This document shows positions 9,115 through 16,925 of a stretch of 64,000 nt of DNA, piece after piece (the first letter of the stretch is position 1; each line of letters starts with the position of its first letter). Source of the DNA: Nanobdellota archaeon (lineage in GTDB: Archaea > Nanobdellota > Nanobdellia > Pacearchaeales > GW2011-AR1); assembly GCA_021818475.1 (NCBI GenBank), contig JAKADZ010000002.1, forward strand, positions 536 through 64,535. The letters run 5' to 3'. The position numbers and the translations under genes are program-made. Below the pieces are notes generated by a model. That model saw nothing but the letters and a program-made list of their open reading frames with translations, was not told the origin of the DNA and did no database searches.

Positions 9115-9639
9115 TTAAGAAATTATTGTTTGGTCTACAAATACTTTTGAATTTTCAAGAAATGATGCATTTTTTTCGTTTTTAACCGTGGTAAAAATTG
9201 CAGTAACATTTCTGCTTCTCAGGTTATTTATTATGTAATGTAAAAATTTAAGTACAGTGTCTTCAGGATGATAAATAAGCAAAGTTGAAAGTGAATCGAA
9301 GATTACACAGTCTATTTTATATTTCAGCAGTGCATTGCATATAACCAGACTCATTTGGGTTAGATTTTCTGCAGAAAAAACAAAACTCACCTGCTTCTCC
9401 TTTATAGAAACTGCTTCATTTGCACTCGAGACAGCATCTATAAAAAAAAATTTCTTCTTGTCAATTTTATTTTTTTCCATCCCTTTAATCAGCTGGAGAT
9501 AGCCTTTATTCAGGCTTACATAACCTATTCTGTTAAATTTTTTTGGCAGTTGTTTGACTAACTTAATCATAGAATCATTATATTTTTCACTTTCAAAAAT
9601 AACCAGTGCAATATCATTTTTATTAAATCCTTTTAACAT
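9115..9639 (-). CDS. KaiC/RecA-fold-like protein with no visible Walker A
   Basis: hhhhDSLSTLL Walker-B-like strand and KaiC-like layout, but no GxxGxGK[ST]; 1 nt downstream of the receiver gene. Confidence 0.5.
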   Translation of the reverse strand: MLKGFNKNDIALVIFESEKYNDSMIKLVKQLPKKFNRIGYVSLNKGYLQLIKGMEKNKIDKKKFFFIDAVSSANEAVSIKEKQVSFVFSAENLTQMSLVICNALLKYKIDCVIFDSLSTLLIYHPEDTVLKFLHYIINNLRSRNVTAIFTTVKNEKNASFLENSKVFVDQTIIS

Positions 9640-9640
9640 T

Positions 9641-10009
9641 TTATTTTAATATTTTTTTAATCCTCTTTTCAAAATCTTCCAGTTCTATCGGTTTAAGAAT
9701 GTAATCTGCAGGCTTTAATTTGTTCATCTCTTCTTTCCCGGATTCAACAACTTGTGCTACTGTAAGAAATACAATTTTTTGGTTTTTTGTTTTTGGATTT
9801 TTTCTTATTTCTTTTACACAATCTATTCCTGACATCCCGGGCATGAATATATCCATAATAACAAGGTCAAATTTTTCATTTTTAAGTAATCTTATTGCTT
9901 CTCTCCCGTCCCTTGCGAGAGCAGATTCAAAGCCCATTCTTTTTATTAAATAACTTATAGAATTACGAATATCTTCCTCATCATCAACAATCAGCACTCT
10001 TTTTTTCAT
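9641..10009 (-). CDS. single-domain response regulator (CheY-like receiver)
   Basis: VLIVDDEED, LVIMDIFMPGMSG (phospho-Asp) and ILKP conserved Lys. Confidence 0.85.
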   Translation of the reverse strand: MKKRVLIVDDEEDIRNSISYLIKRMGFESALARDGREAIRLLKNEKFDLVIMDIFMPGMSGIDCVKEIRKNPKTKNQKIVFLTVAQVVESGKEEMNKLKPADYILKPIELEDFEKRIKKILK

Positions 10010-10050
10010 TTCTGTTAATAGTTGGATTTTTTATAATTTAAATGTTGTGT

Positions 10051-12357
10051 TTATTGAATGGGAAGGGTAAAATAAAAAGTAGTATTTCCCTTAAATTTAC
10101 TCTCTGCCCAAATTTTTCCCCCATGCATCTCAATTATTGTTTTCGAAATATTCAGGCCTAATCCTGTCCCTTTCTTTTTTGTCTCAACTTCTCCAATCTG
10201 CGAAAAGGGTTTGAACAATTTTTCCATATCTTTCTTTTTAATTCCTATTCCATTGTCAGTTACCCGGACAAGAATATTTTTACCTTCTGCTTTTGTACTA
10301 ACTGTCACCCATGGATTATTTGAATTATTAAATTTGATGGCATTATCAATGAGATTGATTAAAACCTGATTAATTTTTTCTGCATCCATTTTTAATTTCG
10401 GCACTTTTCTCAAATTTAATTTTATGTCTACCTTATTTCCCTCCGCTAATGGCTTCATTACTTCGACGCTGTCCCGAATGATTTTATTAATATCTTCCTC
10501 CCGTTTAATTAAAGCCATATTCTGTTTCATCCTGCTCAGATTTAAAATTTGTTCAAGAAGTTGGTTTAATCTTTTTATATTTCTTGAAATAATCCCCAAA
10601 CTTTCCACTTGTCTTTGATTAAGTTTCCCGAGATCTCCCCGCTGAAGACTGTCTGCCTGTATTAAAATTGGAGTGATAGGGGTCTTAATCTCATGAGCAG
10701 TGAGATTTATGAAATCAGATTTCATTTTGTCGAGAGTCTCTAATTGCTTGTAAGAAAATTTAAGCTTCTTTACACTTTCTTCAAGTTCAGATTTGTTGTG
10801 CATTAATTCTTCAGTTCTTATTTTAACTTTTTCTTCTAGCTGCTCCTGATACATCTTCTTTTCGGTTATATCGTGGATTATTATCAAATCTGCATATTTT
10901 CCGCTGTAATTTATTTTTCTCGCATTTAATTCCGCAAATATTTTTTTATTCCCCCTGCCAACAAGGATAGTTTCATATTTTGACGGAACATTCTCTCCCC
11001 TCAATCTTTTTCTATAATTTAAAATTAATTCGGGAATTTTCTCTGGAGAGACAAACTGCATAAAAGATTTACCAATAATTTTTTTCAAATCTAACCCGCT
11101 CATTTTTTCAATTGCATGATTTGCATATTTGATTCTGGTATCCTGGACGATAATAATCCCGTCATTCGCTTTTTCTGAAACAGTCTTGTATTTTTCCTCA
11201 CTTTCTTTTAATTTGTCCTCTGCTCTTTTTCTTCTGTTTATATCTTCCGTATGAACCACAAAATATGCTACCTTTCCGTTTAGGTCTTTCACCACCGCGA
11301 TGCTTAATGCAACCCAGATTATTTCTCCATTTTTATGGATATATCTTTTTTCCAAATATCCATAATCTTTTTTTCCAGAAAGTAAATCCATTGTAAGATT
11401 TTTTGTCTTTTCAACATCCTCGGGATATGTTATCTGAAGGTATGCTTTTGTAAGCAGTTCTTCCTCAGAATACCCGGTAATCCTGCACAATGCTTTATTT
11501 ACCTGAAGCCATTTTCCATCAAGTGCAACCAAAGAAGTTCCTATACCGGAAAATTCGAAAATTTTTCTGAATCTCTCCTCGCTTTCTCTTAATCTGTCTT
11601 CTGTTTCTTTTCTTTTATTTATATTTTCAATGCGGAATAAAAAGTATTTGGGTTTATTATTCGAATCCTTTATCATTGCAATGTTTAGTGCAACCCATAT
11701 TACTCTTCTGTCCTTTGAAACAAATTTCTCTTCAAATGATTCATAATCTTCTTTCCCGGATAAAATTTTTAGAATTGCCTTTTTTGTTTGTTCAGTCTCT
11801 TCTGGAAAGATTAACTGATTGTATGTCTTTTTCAGAAGTTCTTTTTCTGAATATCCCATCATCCTGCACAGGGCTTTATTTACCTGCAAAAATTTTCCGT
11901 CCATTTTTACTATGGCAATTCCCAAAACTGAATGTTCGAAAATTTTTCTGAATCTCTCCTCGCTTTCTCTTAATTTTTCTTCTGCTTCTCTGTCTGCAGT
12001 GATATTTCTAATTCTGCACTGGACTAATTTTTTATAATCTACAGAGTAAACATTTCCTGTCAATTCTACTTCAATTTTCTCCCCGCTTTTTGTCTTTGCA
12101 GATAAACTTTTATAATGAACTTCTTTTTTGGCTTTTAGTTCTCTGAATATTTTTTCGCATCTTTCTTTTTCCCCAAAAAATTTTACATCCCACGGTTTTC
12201 TGCCAATCAAACCCTCCTTTTTATAACCTAAAATTTTAGTTACTGCAGGATTAACATTTTCTATCACACCGGTTTCATAATTTAATAAAAGAATTCCATC
12301 TTGAAAAGTTTCAAACAGTTTTTCAAATCTTAATTTATACTCCTCTTTTTCTTCCAC
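10051..12357 (-). CDS. cytoplasmic sensor histidine kinase with four PAS domains
   Basis: Four PAS-like repeats, H-box LTAHEIKTP, N-box NLIDNAIKF, G1 DNGIGI, G2 GTGLGL; no TM segment. Confidence 0.9.
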   Translation of the reverse strand: MEEKEEYKLRFEKLFETFQDGILLLNYETGVIENVNPAVTKILGYKKEGLIGRKPWDVKFFGEKERCEKIFRELKAKKEVHYKSLSAKTKSGEKIEVELTGNVYSVDYKKLVQCRIRNITADREAEEKLRESEERFRKIFEHSVLGIAIVKMDGKFLQVNKALCRMMGYSEKELLKKTYNQLIFPEETEQTKKAILKILSGKEDYESFEEKFVSKDRRVIWVALNIAMIKDSNNKPKYFLFRIENINKRKETEDRLRESEERFRKIFEFSGIGTSLVALDGKWLQVNKALCRITGYSEEELLTKAYLQITYPEDVEKTKNLTMDLLSGKKDYGYLEKRYIHKNGEIIWVALSIAVVKDLNGKVAYFVVHTEDINRRKRAEDKLKESEEKYKTVSEKANDGIIIVQDTRIKYANHAIEKMSGLDLKKIIGKSFMQFVSPEKIPELILNYRKRLRGENVPSKYETILVGRGNKKIFAELNARKINYSGKYADLIIIHDITEKKMYQEQLEEKVKIRTEELMHNKSELEESVKKLKFSYKQLETLDKMKSDFINLTAHEIKTPITPILIQADSLQRGDLGKLNQRQVESLGIISRNIKRLNQLLEQILNLSRMKQNMALIKREEDINKIIRDSVEVMKPLAEGNKVDIKLNLRKVPKLKMDAEKINQVLINLIDNAIKFNNSNNPWVTVSTKAEGKNILVRVTDNGIGIKKKDMEKLFKPFSQIGEVETKKKGTGLGLNISKTIIEMHGGKIWAESKFKGNTTFYFTLPIQ

Positions 12358-12394
12358 CTTTAATTAATAATAGAACTAACAATTTAAATTTTTC

Positions 12395-12423
12395 TTAAGC
12401 CTGTGCTGAGGATTGGGCCTCAC
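12395..12423 (-). pseudogene. displaced partial copy of the tRNA-Thr 3' end (T-arm-like hairpin plus acceptor strand)
   Basis: ttaagcctgtgctgaggattg is identical to 12486-12506, 91 bp away. Confidence 0.7.
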
Positions 12424-12488
12424 GTTTGCTCGACCTCATTCGTCTAAAAGCCAAATGAAACCACGTTCAATGTTCAATCCTTAATTTT

Positions 12489-12596
12489 AAGCCTGTGCTG
12501 AGGATTGAACTCAGGACCCCCACATTTTTGTATGATTTAAGCAGTAATATAAATTCAATACCAATGTGGTACTCTAACCAACTGAGCTACACAGGC
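12489..12596 (-). tRNA. tRNA-Thr(GGU) with 34-nt intron at 37/38
   Basis: Hand-folded: acceptor GCCTGTG/CACAGGC, D arm GCTC/GAGT, anticodon stem CCACA/TGTGG, loop TTGGTAA, T arm CTGAG-TTCAATC-CTCAG; intron 12525-12558. Confidence 0.75.
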
Positions 12597-12968
12597 GTAT
12601 TTATCAAATGTAGCGAAGGTATTTTAGTTTTTCTACCATTATAGTTTCTCTTTTCTAAAAAGAAACCTATGAGCTACACAGGTGTATTTATTAAAATGTA
12701 GCGAAGGTATTTTAGTTTTTCTACCATTATAGTTTCTCTTTTCTAAAAAGAAACCTATGAGCTACACAGGTGTATTTATCAAATGTAGCGAAGGTATTTT
12801 AGTTTTTCTACCATTATAGTTTCTCTTTTCTAAAAAGAAACCTATGAGCTACACAGGTGTATTTATTAAAATGTAGCGAAGGTATTTTAGTTTTTCTACC
12901 ATTATAGTTTCTCTTTTCTAAAAAGAAACCTATGAGCTACACAGGTGTATTTATTAAAATGTAGCGAA
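12584..12968. repeat. tandem array, 4.4 copies of 87/88 bp: tRNA-Thr nt 1-14 plus about 73 nt of its upstream region
   Basis: Units start at 12584, 12671, 12759, 12846 and 12934. The 87/88-bp variants alternate (tatttatcaaatg vs tatttattaaaatg), giving a 175-bp higher-order period. Confidence 0.95.
12620..12633 (-). promoter_or_regulatory. candidate BRE/TATA (GAAAAAC TAAAATA) at -37 to -24 of tRNA-Thr
   Basis: A/T-rich box at the distance expected for archaeal promoters; repeated in every unit of the upstream array. Confidence 0.35.
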
Positions 12969-13006
12969 TAAATACATTTTAAGCATTTCTACTCTTCTTT
13001 TTTCTA

Positions 13007-13250
13007 AGAAACCAGCTGTTCAAAGAACACAACTTCAATCTTTCTTTTCCCTGTTTCTACCACTGTAGGTTCTTTTTTCAAAGAACCCCATTTTCTACCA
13101 TTATAGTTTCTTTCATTTGGCTCTAACGAATGAAAGTGAACGCGAGAGTTTTCACGAGTGCCGGAAAAAAATTTAACAGCAACAAGTGAGGGCTCGAGGA
13201 AAGTGAACTTTTGTTAAAAGAAACCAGCTGTTCAAAGAACACAACTTCAA
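13007..13250. repeat. perfect 32-nt direct repeat pair (13007-13038 and 13219-13250)
   Basis: agaaaccagctgttcaaagaacacaacttcaa occurs twice, 212 bp apart, flanking hairpin-box and mosaic-repeat modules. Confidence 0.9.
13096..13210 (+). repeat. mosaic repeat copy (tttcatttggctctaacgaatgaaagtgaac + gagagttttcacgagtgccggaaaaaaatttaa)
   Basis: Near-identical to 37428-37470; its left part is an inverted match to 12428-12462. Confidence 0.7.
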
Positions 13251-13287
13251 GTTTTCTACCATTATAGTTTCTTTTGTTAAAAGAAAC

Positions 13288-13569
13288 CTATTTCTTAACT
13301 TTTTTTAAAATCCATAGAACAAGAAGTGCAATTAAAAGAGCAATCGCAACAAATCCGAATGCTATTGTCATAATATAAAAAGTGTTGCTTAAAATGCCGA
13401 GATTAGGCAAAAATCTATACAAAACCAGAAACACCAAAGATAAAGCTACAAAAAGTAATAAATTCTTTACAACCAAAGATGTTTTATTTTTTAAACCATT
13501 AGATTGTGGAGCAGTTCTTCTTGCTCTTCTTACTTTTCTAACTTGTTTCGTCCTCTTTTTTTTTGCCAT
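13288..13569 (-). CDS. small membrane protein with K/R-rich N-terminus (93 aa)
   Basis: Basic N-terminus followed by two hydrophobic helices. Confidence 0.5.
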   Translation of the reverse strand: MAKKKRTKQVRKVRRARRTAPQSNGLKNKTSLVVKNLLLFVALSLVFLVLYRFLPNLGILSNTFYIMTIAFGFVAIALLIALLVLWILKKVKK

Positions 13570-13604
13570 TTATATTATATATTATAAAATATAGTTTATA
13601 AAGA

Positions 13605-13904
13605 TTATCCTGTCTGATTACCTTTCCAGTTCATATGAATTGCATTTGTAGTCAAAATTTTCATATTGTTGAATACAAATCCCAACCAGTTAAAATATAT
13701 TTTAGCTACATTCTCAACATCAGAAATTGAATTTATCGTTATATCCTTCCCCTTGAAAACTTCATTAAAGCTGAAAAAACCAAAGAGAAGAAGTGCAATC
13801 AGGAAAAGGGAAAAAAATTTATGTTTTACTCTTTTTATCTCAAAGATAAAATAAATTGCAATAACTAAAACAATTATTATAAGAAGGGTAATCCCAATAG
13901 CCAT
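13605..13904 (-). CDS. small membrane protein (99 aa)
   Basis: Two predicted TM helices; in the same orientation as the neighbouring gene. Confidence 0.5.
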   Translation of the reverse strand: MAIGITLLIIIVLVIAIYFIFEIKRVKHKFFSLFLIALLLFGFFSFNEVFKGKDITINSISDVENVAKIYFNWLGFVFNNMKILTTNAIHMNWKGNQTG

Positions 13905-13996
13905 GAATAATTAAACAAAAAGATATATAAAAATATTTCTGATGCCCAAGATGATTTTAATCATCGCGCGTCTGACGGTTTCTACAGAGATTTGTT

Positions 13997-14100
13997 TGCA
14001 AATTAAGATGCCCCTCTGCCGAACTCGGGTCGCCACTCATTACAATTATATTTTTTCCGGCACTCGTGAAAACTCTCGGATTTGAATCGGGTTCCCCTCG
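13997..14100 (-). pseudogene. degenerate fragments of the tRNA-Glu 3' half, interleaved with an inverted mosaic-repeat module
   Basis: 14008-14037 and 14078-14097 resemble 14111-14145; 14055-14078 is the reverse complement of cgagagttttcacgagtgccggaa. Confidence 0.55.
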
Positions 14101-14111
14101 TTCAAATAATA

Positions 14112-14305
14112 TGCCCCTGCCGAGATTTGAACTCGGGTCGCCACCGTACTCTAACGAGAGATTGCATTGAGATGCATAGATCTCTCACTCTCATCGAGCT
14201 TAGATCACCTCTCATTAATCGTTTTGAGATCGGATTTTAAATCCTCACTCAATCCACTTTCGCGTTTTGAGAGGGTGGTATCCTTGGCCTCTAGACTACA
14301 GGGGC
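14112..14305 (-). tRNA. tRNA-Glu(CUC) with 121-nt intron at 37/38
   Basis: Exon 1 GCCCCTGTAGTCTAGAGGCCAAGGATACCACCCTCTCA (D arm like the E. coli tRNA-Glu I recall); exon 2 C-GGTGG-CGAC-CCGAG-TTCAAAT-CTCGG-CAGGGGC-A; intron 14147-14267. Confidence 0.7.
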
Positions 14306-14465
14306 ATTTTCTATGCCAATGGAGTATTCAGCAAAATCTTCCTGATTTTAGCCTAGACTATAAAGGCATTTCTTATATCGATATAATTTTATAGACTCTT
14401 AATTTAAAAGAGTTTGCTTCAGCATTCGTAAACTTTTAAAAGTGCAGCAATCCTCTATTTTACAT

Positions 14466-14582
14466 AGCCCCATAGTACAGCGGTCAAGTATATCGGCCTC
14501 TGGAGCTCACGAGAGAGTCGTTCACTCTCTCCGTATAGAACAGAGAGAGCCGGTGACCCAGGTTCGAATCCTGGTGGGGCTA
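14466..14582 (+). tRNA. tRNA-Gln(CUG) with 44-nt intron at 37/38
   Basis: AGCCCCA acceptor, D arm GTAC/GTAT, anticodon stem TCGGC/GCCGG, T arm CCAGG-TTCGAAT-CCTGG; intron 14504-14547. Confidence 0.75.
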
Positions 14583-14651
14583 TGAATAAAAAAGGATGAG
14601 AACCATTGGGTTTTGTTCGGAAAATTTACGAACAAGAAGGAACGAAGTGAA

Positions 14652-14669
14652 CTCCGAATCTGGGGGCTA
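14652..14669 (+). pseudogene. displaced degenerate copy of the tRNA-Gln 3' end
   Basis: ctccgaatctgggggcta resembles ttcgaatcctggtggggcta, which ends 87 bp upstream. Confidence 0.55.
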
Positions 14670-14677
14670 TATATTTA

Positions 14678-15190
14678 ATGGAAAATGAATCAACCATGAG
14701 CACAAATTCAGTAGGAAGATCAAGCGAACGAAACCGGGGGTGTCGTCGCATATCTAAAGAGACTATAGATTTTAATAAGGAACTGTTATTTGGAGAAATA
14801 GGAGCTTTAATAGGAATTCAGTTTGTTGATTTTATCTCCTTATTTTTCTCAATTTCAATAAGTTTAATTCCTCATTTGATAATTCTAGGGGCAATAATCG
14901 GAGGCTCATTATTCTGGATTTCTGCAAGAATTTATTACAAGTCAAAAGAAGGAAATTACTCGGAAAAAAAACTTATAACAGATGTTGAATATTTCGCCCC
15001 TGCTTCAGCAATTTTAACTTTTACTTTTTATTATCCCGCATTATTTTTTTCAACAAAATATTTTCTGATTCATCACAGGCATCTGGAATTCTCCAGCATA
15101 GTTTCGCAGACAATTGCCTTTCTTTTATTTGTGATAGCAATCAACATTTACAGATACGTGCTGTTCAAAGTATTCAGAAAAAAAATATGA
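14678..15190 (+). CDS. membrane protein (170 aa as tracked; true start uncertain)
   Basis: Four hydrophobic helices. The first about 27 codons run through repeat sequence ending in gtgtcgtcgcATA. Confidence 0.5.
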   Translation: MENESTMSTNSVGRSSERNRGCRRISKETIDFNKELLFGEIGALIGIQFVDFISLFFSISISLIPHLIILGAIIGGSLFWISARIYYKSKEGNYSEKKLITDVEYFAPASAILTFTFYYPALFFSTKYFLIHHRHLEFSSIVSQTIAFLLFVIAINIYRYVLFKVFRKKI

Positions 15191-15240
15191 TTTTATTTAT
15201 CCTACGCTAATTATATAAAGCCAATCCTAAAGAGAAAGCT

Positions 15241-15705
15241 ATGACCAGAATAAACTTTATAGACAGTATTCTTTGCGCAACACGGGGTTTGTTCAGGGGG
15301 ATTTCCAGTGAAAGAAATCTAAAAATACAGTTGTTAATAAGTGTGGTGATAATTATTATTTCTCTCCTGGTGGGGATTTCCAAAGTTTATTTGATTACAA
15401 TAATAATAGTTTGTTTTCTGGTGATGATACTTGAATTATTCAACAGAGGTTTTGAGAAACTGATTGATTTGATTTCTCCCGAATATAACAGGGAGTTTGG
15501 GAAAGTAAAAGATGCCATGGCAGGGGTTGTTTTATTGACATTTAGTATGGCAATGATAGTCAGTTTTTTAATTTTATACAACCCGGTAATGAAATTATTA
15601 GAAGAAGCCTCAAAGTTCAGTTGGTTTATCCCTGCGATGGGGGGAAATATAGTTCTGATTTTAGGAATCCTGTCGGCAGTTTATTTAAAAAAACACCAAA
15701 CTTAA
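15241..15705 (+). CDS. dgkA: prokaryotic diacylglycerol/undecaprenol kinase family protein
   Basis: Three-TM layout and the ELFNRGFEKLIDLISPE...KVKDAMAGVVLL motif pattern of DgkA. Confidence 0.7.
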   Translation: MTRINFIDSILCATRGLFRGISSERNLKIQLLISVVIIIISLLVGISKVYLITIIIVCFLVMILELFNRGFEKLIDLISPEYNREFGKVKDAMAGVVLLTFSMAMIVSFLILYNPVMKLLEEASKFSWFIPAMGGNIVLILGILSAVYLKKHQT

Positions 15706-15729
15706 AAAGAATATTCTTCTTTATAATTT

Positions 15730-16782
15730 ATGAATAAAAAGAGGATTCTGCTTCTTAATGTTGGAAGTTCAACTGTCAAATACAGCCTTTTTGAAAATTC
15801 AATTCTGGTAGTATCTGGAACTTATGAAAAACTTGTAACAAAAAATGATTATGAAAATTCTATAAAAAAAATTTTTGAGGAGATAAAAGAAATAGATATA
15901 ATTGCACACAGAATAGTTCACGGCGGAGAATTAAATTATACAGTAAAAATAAATAATGAAGTAAAGGGAAAAATAAAAAAATCTTCAGAGCTCGCTCCTC
16001 TTCATAATCCTCTTGAATTAATGGTAGTGGAATTTTGTGAAAAATACAAAAAACCACAGTATGCCGTTTTTGATACAATGTTTTTTTCTGAAATTCCGGA
16101 AGTAGCAAAGATTTATCCTCTGCCCAAAGAGATAACCAAAAAATATCATATAAGAAGATACGGATTTCACGGATTGTCTCATAAATATGTTTCAAGAAAT
16201 TTAAAAGGAAAAACAATAACCTGCCACCTTGGTTCAGGTTCAAGTATTTCGGCAATTGTAAACGGAAAACCAATTGATACAAGCATGGGATTTACGCCGT
16301 TGGAAGGAATTATGATGGGAACCCGCTCAGGAACAATCGACCCGGGAATAATTTTCTTCCTTGAAAAAAAAGGATACAATATAAGTGAAATATTAACCAA
16401 CAAATCAGGATTAAAAGGAATATCCGGATACAATGATTTCCGGGACATATTATCAAATATGAATAAAGACAAAAATTGCAGACTTGCTTATGAAATATTT
16501 GCATATGAAATAATCAAGACAATAGGTTCTTACGTCGCAGCCATGAACGGGTTAGACAATCTTATTTTCACCGGAGCAATAGGGGAAAATGTTCCAAAAC
16601 TAAGAGAAGATGTTTGTAATAACTTTTCTCATTTAAGGATGAAATTAGACCAAGAAAGAAATAAAAAAAATTCAGAATTAATCTCTGCGAAGAATTCTGC
16701 AGTAAAAGTTTTTGTCAGAAAGACAAATGAAGAAGAAATAATGATTGAAGAAGTTTTAAAAATTTTAAAATACAATAAATAA
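15730..16782 (+). CDS. ackA: acetate/propionate kinase (compact, 350 aa)
   Basis: LLLNVGSSTVKYSLF, HRIVHGG, LAPLHNP, RRYGFHGLSH, MGTRSGTIDPG. Confidence 0.8.
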   Translation: MNKKRILLLNVGSSTVKYSLFENSILVVSGTYEKLVTKNDYENSIKKIFEEIKEIDIIAHRIVHGGELNYTVKINNEVKGKIKKSSELAPLHNPLELMVVEFCEKYKKPQYAVFDTMFFSEIPEVAKIYPLPKEITKKYHIRRYGFHGLSHKYVSRNLKGKTITCHLGSGSSISAIVNGKPIDTSMGFTPLEGIMMGTRSGTIDPGIIFFLEKKGYNISEILTNKSGLKGISGYNDFRDILSNMNKDKNCRLAYEIFAYEIIKTIGSYVAAMNGLDNLIFTGAIGENVPKLREDVCNNFSHLRMKLDQERNKKNSELISAKNSAVKVFVRKTNEEEIMIEEVLKILKYNK

Positions 16783-16835
16783 CATGAAAAAAGTCTCAAT
16801 CAAATATTCCATGAATACAAATTTTTTCCATTCGG

Positions 16836-16925
16836 AGAAGCGAGAGTTTTCACGATTAGAAAATAATTCCCCTTTGGGTGGGAGGGCGGGAATAACGAGG
16901 AAAACTCGAGGCGGGGATAAATAAT
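16836..16925 (+). repeat. mosaic repeat copy with G4 core gggtgggagggcggg (16876-16890), ending at the pduL ATG
   Basis: gagagttttcacgattagaaaa...cccctttGGGTGGGAGGGCGGGaataacgag. Confidence 0.75.

Noticed and set aside
12584-12968. Regular 87/88-bp periodicity with a hairpin-forming 37-nt segment looked superficially like a CRISPR array
   Set aside because: The sequences between the hairpins are identical in every unit and consist of tRNA promoter plus tRNA nt 1-14, so there are no unique spacers. No cas genes are present in the window.
14147-14267. A box C/D guide RNA inside the 121-nt tRNA-Glu intron
   Set aside because: I found no clean RUGAUGA (box C) or CUGA (box D) pair in the appropriate arrangement. 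The intron content is left unexplained.
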